From Elusimicrobiota bacterium (GTDB lineage Bacteria; Elusimicrobiota; UBA8919), in assembly GCA_040757695.1 (NCBI GenBank), contig JBFLWK010000002.1, forward strand, positions 10,407-74,406: 64,000 nucleotides of DNA. The letters run 5' to 3'. The position numbers were made by a program, and so were the translations under genes. This document shows positions 48,527-56,555 of the stretch, piece after piece. The first letter of the stretch is position 1; each line of letters opens with the position of its first letter. A model generated the notes under the pieces. That model saw only the letters and a list, made by a program, of their open reading frames with translations. It was not told the DNA's origin and did no database searches.

Positions 48527-48571
48527 CTTACACCCGACTTTAGTCGGAGAAAACAAACCCACTAAAGTGGG
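48461..48571. repeat. REP family-2 cluster (CCCGACTTTAGTCGG, ACCCGACTTCAGTTGG, ACCCGACTTTAGTCGG, CCCACTAAAGTGGG)
   Basis: Mirrors the upstream cluster 47812-47940. Confidence 0.75.
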
Positions 48572-48726
48572 AAATAATATGGTCGCTAACCAGACAAAAG
48601 GGGGTGATTAAAATGGGAAGATGGTTAGAAACTGGAGTACGACGATTTATCGTCGCTAATTCGCGTATATTCGCGGGTCTAATTCGCGAAGATTCGCGTT
48701 ATTCTAAAAAAAAGGAGGTGATTAGA

Positions 48727-49854
48727 ATGGAAAGATGGTTAGATGGAAAGATGGTAAGATGGCTCGGTCTTGCTTCTTGCTTCTTGTTTCTTGTTTCTTG
48801 TTCGCTGTTTGCTGATTTTGGTGGTGCAGGTGCGCCTACTGCTGATGGTACATATGGTGCAGCGGTAAAGTACATCTCTTTACAGCAAGGAACAACATCA
48901 TCTGCATGGATGAATAGAGGCAATATCGCAGCATTCGCTCAAATGACTTCTGTTGGTGATGGAACATACTACTGCAAATACAACCTCTATCCGGGCGCTG
49001 TCTACAACTATATGTTTTTTGCTACTTTTGGTAGTTCAACACCACCAACCGGTATAACCGGTGGGACAACCTACTATGACTGCCCTCGTGATAGCGGTGA
49101 TGATGCTGCATTCTTTGTAGCGGTTGACTCCAACAACCCAACTGGAACAAGACGAGCCGGTGCCGCATATTTCGGTGCAGGTAATGATAGTGGTGATTCC
49201 AGACGAATACTTGTTGTGCCACAGGATACCGGTTATTCGCTTTCTTCAACCTCAGGTGTCTGGGTGTATAACAACTGGTCATCTACCGGTGTAGCAAATG
49301 TAGATGCAATCCCTGTAAGTAACACATCTCTCAATGTTACACTTGGTGCGTACACAACATGGGGAACTGGTGAAAGTTACAAATCTATTGACATCTACGG
49401 TGGCGGGAAATGGTTTCTCTATAGAGCAACAGACCTCACGGGTACTTACGGGTTAATTGCATCTTCTACCTCTGCTAACTTAGGTGCTAATATGACCTAT
49501 CTGGATGAAGGTTTAACAACAGGTACCACTTATTACTACATCGCAGTTACATCAGATGCCTATAAAGGTGCAATGAACGCACTTGCAGCAGATGGCTGTC
49601 TTGTGAGGCAGTTAACTGGCGGTGCAACAGGACCATATGCGCCAAGTTATGACCAGCCTAGTGAAATCAGTTATGACGACTACGCAAGACCTGCAGCTGC
49701 GATACCTGTGTACTTCAAAGTTGAAGCACCCAACTGGGACTATATCGCAGAGCATGACTACATAGTATACCTGACACCGGTTGGTAAAGACGGCAGAGAA
49801 TGGCCATACAAGATGCCAGGCAGAATCTGTAGAGTGTATCTACCGAAAACATAA
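48727..49854 (+). CDS. secreted protein paralogous to the C-terminal modules of the 2787-aa protein
   Basis: SD AAGGAGGTGATTAGA before ATG 48727; signal peptide FLFLVSCSLFADF. YFGAGNDSGDSRRILVVP ~ WYGNVGATGDSRRLLYVP; PVYFKVEAPNW ~ PLYFKVERKD. A near-duplicate start (ATG 48613) lies upstream. Confidence 0.6.
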   Translation: MERWLDGKMVRWLGLASCFLFLVSCSLFADFGGAGAPTADGTYGAAVKYISLQQGTTSSAWMNRGNIAAFAQMTSVGDGTYYCKYNLYPGAVYNYMFFATFGSSTPPTGITGGTTYYDCPRDSGDDAAFFVAVDSNNPTGTRRAGAAYFGAGNDSGDSRRILVVPQDTGYSLSSTSGVWVYNNWSSTGVANVDAIPVSNTSLNVTLGAYTTWGTGESYKSIDIYGGGKWFLYRATDLTGTYGLIASSTSANLGANMTYLDEGLTTGTTYYYIAVTSDAYKGAMNALAADGCLVRQLTGGATGPYAPSYDQPSEISYDDYARPAAAIPVYFKVEAPNWDYIAEHDYIVYLTPVGKDGREWPYKMPGRICRVYLPKT

Positions 49855-49929
49855 GCACGAATAAATGCTATATTCGTGAGTTAGTTCAGCCCATAATAGG
49901 GGTATATATTTTTGTGCCTTGATGTGATG

Positions 49930-50215
49930 GTTGTAGTGTTTAGTGTAGGGGCGGGTTTACCCGCCCGAAACAACGGACAGGTAAACCTGTCCCTACGGAT
50001 GAAATGTAGCGCCCGATTTCCCGCCATAGGCGGGTCTGCCTAAGGCATGATATATCGGGCGTAGGTACGTCCCATATAAAATGGGACGCTACAAATGAAA
50101 AACTGCAATTATAAAAATTATATCTAAGGACATGGGAAGGGAGTGGTTTATCTCTAAAAACCAATGAAAAATTAAAAATTAAAAATGTAGTGCGATGCTT
50201 TAGCATCGCTATAGG
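49930..50215. repeat. cluster of GTAG-prefixed nested GC-rich hairpins (BIME-like REP cluster; alternatively a structured ncRNA)
   Basis: TGTAGGGGCGGGTTTACCCGCCC, GGACAGGTAAACCTGTCC...CCCTAC, TGTAGCGCCCGAT...ATCGGGCG, GTAGGTACGTCCCATATAAAATGGGACGCTAC, TGTAGTGCGATGCTTTAGCATCGC. Confidence 0.5.
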
Positions 50216-50329
50216 CTAAAAATGGACAGAAAAAATTATTATCACAGATTAACACAGAAATGTCATTCTGAACGAAGCGTTAGCGGAGTGAAGAATCTCG
50301 GGATTCTTCCCCGCCTCAGGCGGGTCAGA

Positions 50330-53053
50330 ATGACAACAATGCTGTTATCTGCGTTCATCTGTATCTTTTTTCTGCAGTCATTTGTGTTCTGTAGTTCTGA
50401 GAAAGCGCCATGGTCTAACTACTCGAAATGGCTTACTGGTTCGGATACACTTGGCAACTGGCAGGTAAAAGCAAACACAGGCACCTGGGATGGCGCTAAT
50501 AACTGGGTAATAAAAATATCTACTGAAGATCCGCAAAAAGCATTTTTCCCGGGTAGAGATTATTACTATCTCTATCAGACCATAACACCGGCGGGGGGTG
50601 GGGGTGAGGGGGTTGTCTGGGACCAACGAGCACGCGGGAAATCACAAGACCAATGGCAACCTTGGAAATCAGAACGAAAAATCAATCTACCTATTTTAGG
50701 TATTGATAAAGTGCTTGCAAATGGAACAACATATTATCCACTAAATGATTATATTGTCTGGTATGGCTCATGGCCTGTTGATAGCGGCCATTGGGAAGTC
50801 TACGATAACTGGGGTGGTGGGAATACAACTGACTCAAGAAAAGGTCCACCACTACCACCAACAAATCTTACCGGCTTTTTAATTGGTAAATATACAGGTG
50901 TAGGAGCATCAATAGAATGGACTCAACCTACCTGGTATGGTGATGATATCAAGGACTTAACAGCCGGCGGTGGTTATGAATTATGGCGGTCGTCTTATTC
51001 TTCTATTGCATCAACAACCACATTCACAAAAGTTGCAATTGCACTTGGTCCAGCACCACCACTTTCTTACACAGATACAGGGCTTTTATCAAATACCACA
51101 TATTTCTATTGTTTGAAATCATATGATGCCTATCTGCCAGCAGATTATTCTGGATTCTCTAATGTGTTAGCGCTCTATGGCGCTCAGCAACCGGTTGATA
51201 TCACATTCAATATTGATATAACAGGCTATTCTGCAGATAAGGTTTTTGTCTGGTGTGAATTCTCTAATGAAAAATACCAGATGCCTGACAGAAAAAACCA
51301 TCTCTGGAGTATAAAAATTCCGAATTCTGCAGCACCATTAAAACTGCTTATTGGTAACACAATAAAATACAGGTATGTTAAAGATAATGACTGGGAGCAG
51401 TATGACAGAAGCGTGCTGCTGGTTTCTACAGATACTGTATTAAACGATATCTGGGGTGTAGAAACAGTGCCGGATTCACCCGCAGGTCTGGCAGCTGAAA
51501 TCGTCACTTTTAGAACTGAGCCCGTCGGAAGTTATAGAACAAATGTTCTATGGGAGACAGACCCGAAACAATTACAAAATATCGCTGGCTATGAAATTCA
51601 GCACTCTACATTTTCAAACTTTACCAGTTCTACTACAATTACAATTCTGTCTGCAAATACAAGTTCGTATTTCCTGACATCCGCGGCTGCATATTTTAGA
51701 TTCTCAACTATTTACAAAACTGGCGTAAAATCAAGCCAGTCTGATATAATCCCACGTGGAACTGAACTACCTGCACTTGTTGAATTACAGAATACCGATG
51801 CAAAAGCTATAAATACATTGATTGCAAGAACTGGCTCAAATACAGGCGAGATTATTCTGTTTTGGAAGGCGCCGGAAATATCTACATCAGCCGGTAGTGC
51901 AAACCATTATATCATTCGCCAGGCAACTTTTCCAATGACGAACATTTCATTATTCAAACAAGGTACTCTCACAGGTAAAGCAAAAGCACATTATACTGAT
52001 ACTGATGAAGCATACATAACATTGAATCTTGGTGAAGAATGCCCTGGCTATTATTTTGGTATAGAAGCGATTTATGGCAACTGGAAAGCAGCAACTGTAT
52101 CAAACAATATAATCGGTGTTGCAGGTAAGTTTATTGTAACCAAAAAAGGCGGGACTACCGAAAAAGCAGCAAAAGGATTAGGAACTGAAGAACAGTACTT
52201 AACAAAACCGAACATAATAACCAAAAAATACGGAGTATCCGTTCCGAACGCAATTTTTGTTGTAAAAAATTCTGTTGAACTCGCAAAACTAACCGAGCCG
52301 GAATTAAAAAAGATACTAACTTCTGAGACACTACCGAATTTAGCAGCACAAAAACGATTTAAACAGCCGACTGAAAATACGGATTTAGAAAATAAGGACT
52401 CTACTGTGTTTGAATTCTCGGCATTTAGCCAGGCAAGTAATAAATTATTCAGCAGTGCCGAAAATATCAATCTGCCGTTTGTCATCGCAATCCCGTATTC
52501 TCAACTTGATAAAGATAATGACGGAATAGTAGATTCATCTAAAGGCACACAAAATGAGATAAAAGTCGCTAACCTGCGGGTTTATCGGCTGAATGAAAAA
52601 TATAACCCACCTTTCTGGCAGCGACTGAAAGATGGCACCAATTCTGTTGATACTGTCAACAAATTGGTAAAAGCAGAAACAAAACATCTATCATACTTCT
52701 GTCTCGCCACACCCGGTAATGCTGCGGAAGATTTATCAAATGTCGTTGTATTCCCGAACCCGTTCAAGCCTTACGATAATAAAGCCGAAACAGGCAGTTA
52801 TGAAACCGGGATTATATTCACCAACTTGACACCAACTGCCGAAATATGGATTTATACTATCGCAGCCGAACTGGTAAAAAAACATAAACTTCAAGGGCTT
52901 TCTGATGACGAAAAAGAAGGTAAATGGAAATGGGATGTCCGAAATGATGCTGGCGAACGGCTCGCATCCGGTGTGTATGTTTTTGTTGTAAAAGATGAAA
53001 ATGTGAAATTGGGGAAGGACAAATTTGTAGGAAAATTATGTGTTATTAGATGA
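50330..53053 (+). CDS. secreted FN3/CBM20-like protein with T9SS-type C-terminal sorting domain
   Basis: ATG 50330 lies in the terminal IR of a GTCATTCTGA...TCAGAATGAC repeat; signal peptide ICIFFLQSFVFCSSE. CBM20-like VDITFNIDITGY...IKYRYVKDNDWEQYDR; CTD starts VVFPNPFKPY and ends KFVGKLCVIR. Confidence 0.65.
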   Translation: MTTMLLSAFICIFFLQSFVFCSSEKAPWSNYSKWLTGSDTLGNWQVKANTGTWDGANNWVIKISTEDPQKAFFPGRDYYYLYQTITPAGGGGEGVVWDQRARGKSQDQWQPWKSERKINLPILGIDKVLANGTTYYPLNDYIVWYGSWPVDSGHWEVYDNWGGGNTTDSRKGPPLPPTNLTGFLIGKYTGVGASIEWTQPTWYGDDIKDLTAGGGYELWRSSYSSIASTTTFTKVAIALGPAPPLSYTDTGLLSNTTYFYCLKSYDAYLPADYSGFSNVLALYGAQQPVDITFNIDITGYSADKVFVWCEFSNEKYQMPDRKNHLWSIKIPNSAAPLKLLIGNTIKYRYVKDNDWEQYDRSVLLVSTDTVLNDIWGVETVPDSPAGLAAEIVTFRTEPVGSYRTNVLWETDPKQLQNIAGYEIQHSTFSNFTSSTTITILSANTSSYFLTSAAAYFRFSTIYKTGVKSSQSDIIPRGTELPALVELQNTDAKAINTLIARTGSNTGEIILFWKAPEISTSAGSANHYIIRQATFPMTNISLFKQGTLTGKAKAHYTDTDEAYITLNLGEECPGYYFGIEAIYGNWKAATVSNNIIGVAGKFIVTKKGGTTEKAAKGLGTEEQYLTKPNIITKKYGVSVPNAIFVVKNSVELAKLTEPELKKILTSETLPNLAAQKRFKQPTENTDLENKDSTVFEFSAFSQASNKLFSSAENINLPFVIAIPYSQLDKDNDGIVDSSKGTQNEIKVANLRVYRLNEKYNPPFWQRLKDGTNSVDTVNKLVKAETKHLSYFCLATPGNAAEDLSNVVVFPNPFKPYDNKAETGSYETGIIFTNLTPTAEIWIYTIAAELVKKHKLQGLSDDEKEGKWKWDVRNDAGERLASGVYVFVVKDENVKLGKDKFVGKLCVIR

Positions 53054-53116
53054 ATAATGTAGCCACCGAATTTATTCGGGGGTGAGCGAAGCGAATAATA
53101 AGTTCGTGGGGAAGTT

Positions 53117-54157
53117 TTGTATAATCCGATGAATAAAAATCAAAAATCAAAAATCAAAAATCAAAATGACAGATTAAAATTCAAAAATTTTAGATTTTGG
53201 ATTGTCATTTTGCATTTTACATTTTGCATTTTACATTTTGCCGAAGGCAGTGGTCCCGGCACTACTTCTGCCAATTTCCTGAAAATAGGTATCGGTGCAA
53301 GACCTGTGGCAATGGGTGAGGCATTCGTTGCAGTTGCCGACGATGCTAATACAATCGTGCATAATCCTGCCGGGCTTGCTCAACTATCACAAAAAGAATT
53401 CTCAGCAATGCATCTGGAGTATTTTCAGAATATAAAATATGAAGCGCTTTCATATCTACAACCATTCAAATTCGGAACTGCTGGTATCTCGCTTGGTTAT
53501 CTTTATATGAACGATATAAAGCGAACCTATTTTTACGAAGAAGAGTATTATAAAGAAGCAGGCGAATTCGGCGCCGCAGACAGAACCGCGGTTTTAGGTT
53601 TCGGTAAAAAATTAGGTAGTCGGCACTTAAGTGCCGACTACGGATATGGCTTAGCAGTAAGGTTTATCCGAGAGACGCTTGAGAGCGAATCCGCTACTGC
53701 TTTTGCGTTGGATATCGGGTTGCTCTGTAATCGGCAATTAATTGCCAATTACATTTCTTTACCACTGTCTTTTGGTATCGCAATTCAGAACATTGGCACA
53801 CAGATGAAGTTTATTGAAGTAAAAGAGAAACTACCAATTATTTTGAGAACTGGTGTTTGCTGGAATGTATCAGGTAAGAGGGGAATTAATTCCCCCCTAC
53901 TTGCGTTTGAGTTTTATAAACCATCAGATAATTATCCGGAATTAAAACTCGGCTCGGAAATATGGCTTTTTGACCTTTTTGCACCACGTATTGGCTATCG
54001 TTACAGAACCTGGGCAAGAAATAACTATCTTGGTGACCTCTCAGGGCTTACCGCAGGGCTTGGTATCAAAATATATAATTATACAGTTGATTACGCATTC
54101 GTGCCTTACGGTGATTTGGGCTATACGCATAGATTCTCACTAGGTGGCAGATTTTAA
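53117..54157 (+). CDS. PorV/PorQ-family-like outer-membrane beta-barrel (no TPR tail)
   Basis: FLKIGIGARPVAMGEAFVAVADDANTIVHNPAGLAQL; contains three in-frame REP family-1 palindromes (53617-53642, 53732-53748, 53879-53896). Leader from (AAATCAAA)n/(ACATTTTG)n repeats. Confidence 0.55.
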   Translation: MYNPMNKNQKSKIKNQNDRLKFKNFRFWIVILHFTFCILHFAEGSGPGTTSANFLKIGIGARPVAMGEAFVAVADDANTIVHNPAGLAQLSQKEFSAMHLEYFQNIKYEALSYLQPFKFGTAGISLGYLYMNDIKRTYFYEEEYYKEAGEFGAADRTAVLGFGKKLGSRHLSADYGYGLAVRFIRETLESESATAFALDIGLLCNRQLIANYISLPLSFGIAIQNIGTQMKFIEVKEKLPIILRTGVCWNVSGKRGINSPLLAFEFYKPSDNYPELKLGSEIWLFDLFAPRIGYRYRTWARNNYLGDLSGLTAGLGIKIYNYTVDYAFVPYGDLGYTHRFSLGGRF

Positions 54158-54201
54158 GAAAGGCAGATAGGAGATAGGGGATAGGAGATGGGAGATGGGA
54201 G

Positions 54202-54435
54202 ATGAGAATGGAACACGAAGGATACTGTTTACGAAATTATAAACAAGAATATATGCACTATTTATATCGTGCATATGCTGAGTGTAGAGAGACAATCGAA
54301 CATTTAGAGTTTCTGTATGAAACAGGTTCTCTAAAAGAGAAACCATCCAATCTTTTCACAGAATATTCAAACTTGTGTAAAATGATATATTCCTTTATAA
54401 TCTCTGTAGAAAAAGAACACATAAGCAAAAAATGA
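54202..54435 (+). CDS. small four-helix-bundle (23S rRNA IVS-like) protein, probably truncated
   Basis: 77 aa; YAECRETIEHLEFLYETGSLKEKPSNLFTEYSNLCKMIYSFIISVEKE resembles the C-terminal half of the TIGR02436 four-helix-bundle family. Flanked by inverted STR arrays 54158-54200 and 54450-54490. Confidence 0.3.
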   Translation: MRMEHEGYCLRNYKQEYMHYLYRAYAECRETIEHLEFLYETGSLKEKPSNLFTEYSNLCKMIYSFIISVEKEHISKK

Positions 54436-56555
54436 AAACCTGTATCTGCTATCTGCTATCTGCTATCTGCTATCTGCTATCTCCTATCTGCCTTTTCGCC
54501 TCTTCACCTCACACAATCACAGTTGACGGTAACCTTTCCGACTGGTCTTCAGACGAATTGATTTATGATGACCCGACAAACGACGGTGCCTGGGGACAAC
54601 AGAATCAGGTTGATAATCTGTATCTCACCTGGGATAGTAATAATCTGTATATCGGTGTAAGCGGTGTTCAGAAAGATGGGAATTGTTTTGTATTGTATTT
54701 AGATGCTGGAAGGGAACTTACAAATATCGGTCAGAAATTTGGTGATTATTCAGATGTATCTCAACTGAAAGATTCAAGTGGCTATTCTTGGTGGTGGTCA
54801 AGAAATCATAAATTCCCGTTTGGCTTTTTACCTGATTATCAACTTCATCTTTATGAAATGCAGTTAAAATTGAACGAGGGACACGGACTTTTCAGATATA
54901 CAACAAGCAGTCAGACAGTATCAGTTGAGATGAGTTCTTCTGCATATATTGGTGGTGGGACAGGTGTTTATGGCAGTTTTGAAGTTGCAATCCCGTGGGC
55001 TCAAATCTATCCTGATTACGGGGGAAGTATTCCTCAAAATGCAACCTTACAACTTGTTGCTGTGATGTCAGGCGGGAATGACACATCTAACCAACTACTC
55101 GGTTCTGTCCATGATTCAATTCCTGACCAACTAACGGATTTCACAACCTATTGGCACGGAGCATTTACGTTTGATACATGGCTAACAATACCGTTAGACC
55201 AAGATAGAAATAAGGAACCTGATATAAATCGGTCGCCTGTCCCGAGGAATCTTTTGGCAAAAGCAGGTGATGGTTGCGCATTTTTATCCTGGCAGAAAAA
55301 GGGCTTCTGGGAAAAAAATCTTAACGGCTATAAACTGTATTACAAAAAGCAACAGAGTTTTGCAGAAACAGATTTCTCATTAACAGGTGCAACTTCTGTT
55401 TTCGTTAGTAATACTACAAGTTATATTTTAACCGGTTTAGAAAATAATGTTTCATACTATTTTGTGCTAACTGCTATAAATACTGACGGGACTGAATCAG
55501 GTTGCTGTGAAGAAGAGTATTGTTATATCCACGGACCTACAATCTTTCATACATCAATAGAAAAGTTTGCATATCCAGGCAAAAATATCACAGTATCTGC
55601 TAATATCACAGATTCATCAGAACTTAAAATAGTAAATTTTTACTATAAAGTTCACGGTGGCGTATGTTATTCTGAAAATGTATTAACTCCAACACCCCCA
55701 ACATCGGCATCTTACAACTTCACAATCCCGGGTGATTCTGTAACACCGGAAGGGATTGACTATTACTTTTTAGCCGAGAATAATTCTGGCGATGTGAATA
55801 TCGCATCATCAACAATTGTGATTGTTTCAACAGAGTCCGGAAATTATAGTGTGGAAGCAGGGCTGGAATTGAAATTATCTGATACATCAACATATCCAAC
55901 AAAAATCGTAATCCCACCTTACGCATTAGACAGAACCCAAAAAATCTATGTTGAAGTAAAAAGCCACGGTGTTATCTTTCAAGACAACCAATCTCCAATC
56001 CCCAATCCCCAATCTCCAATCTCTGACATTTACCCTGTCTGTGTCTATGATTTTTATGGTGAGAATAAAACAGCAGTCGCATTTTCTAAAAATGCAGAAA
56101 TATATCTGAAATACTTTGATGACGATTTAGATAACAATTACTCTGAGATAACCTTGAAGCCGTTTGTCTGGACTGGTACGGAGTGGCTTGAATTAAAAAA
56201 TATCACACAAAATACTACCAATAATTTTGTTAAAGGTAAAACAGGTCATATCTCAAGATTTGCCGTATTTTATACCAACTCTTCTGGTAGCGCAGCCTTA
56301 AGGCCACATCTACAAAAAGTTGTCCGTTCTACTTTTATTCCTGACCGCGGTGAAGTTGTTGAGTTTAATTGTGCACAGTTGCCAACAAAAATAGAAATTT
56401 TTAATACATACGGTGCAAGAGTAAAAAAAATTACAGAACTCACTTACTGGGACGGCAGAGATGAAAACGGTACGATTGTGTCCGCAGGCGTTTATATCTA
56501 CCAGATACATTTTGGTAAAGAAATAATCTCAGGCAGTTGCGTTGTGGTGAAATGA
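54432..56555 (+). CDS. secreted CBM9-like/FN3 protein with T9SS-type C-terminal sorting domain
   Basis: Leader (CTGCTAT)x5; ITVDGNLSDWSSDE...LYLTWDSNNLYIGV; FN3; C-terminus WDGRDENGTIVSAGVYIYQIHFGKEIISGSCVVVK; stop overlaps next start. Confidence 0.7.
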   Translation: MKTCICYLLSAICYLLSPICLFASSPHTITVDGNLSDWSSDELIYDDPTNDGAWGQQNQVDNLYLTWDSNNLYIGVSGVQKDGNCFVLYLDAGRELTNIGQKFGDYSDVSQLKDSSGYSWWWSRNHKFPFGFLPDYQLHLYEMQLKLNEGHGLFRYTTSSQTVSVEMSSSAYIGGGTGVYGSFEVAIPWAQIYPDYGGSIPQNATLQLVAVMSGGNDTSNQLLGSVHDSIPDQLTDFTTYWHGAFTFDTWLTIPLDQDRNKEPDINRSPVPRNLLAKAGDGCAFLSWQKKGFWEKNLNGYKLYYKKQQSFAETDFSLTGATSVFVSNTTSYILTGLENNVSYYFVLTAINTDGTESGCCEEEYCYIHGPTIFHTSIEKFAYPGKNITVSANITDSSELKIVNFYYKVHGGVCYSENVLTPTPPTSASYNFTIPGDSVTPEGIDYYFLAENNSGDVNIASSTIVIVSTESGNYSVEAGLELKLSDTSTYPTKIVIPPYALDRTQKIYVEVKSHGVIFQDNQSPIPNPQSPISDIYPVCVYDFYGENKTAVAFSKNAEIYLKYFDDDLDNNYSEITLKPFVWTGTEWLELKNITQNTTNNFVKGKTGHISRFAVFYTNSSGSAALRPHLQKVVRSTFIPDRGEVVEFNCAQLPTKIEIFNTYGARVKKITELTYWDGRDENGTIVSAGVYIYQIHFGKEIISGSCVVVK

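Noticed and set aside
49930-50215. tRNA or tmRNA in the hairpin-rich gap
   Set aside because: No GTTCRANYC T-loop, no D-loop/anticodon-arm spacing, no CCA-proximal acceptor pairing; hairpins are GTAG-prefixed REP-like instead.
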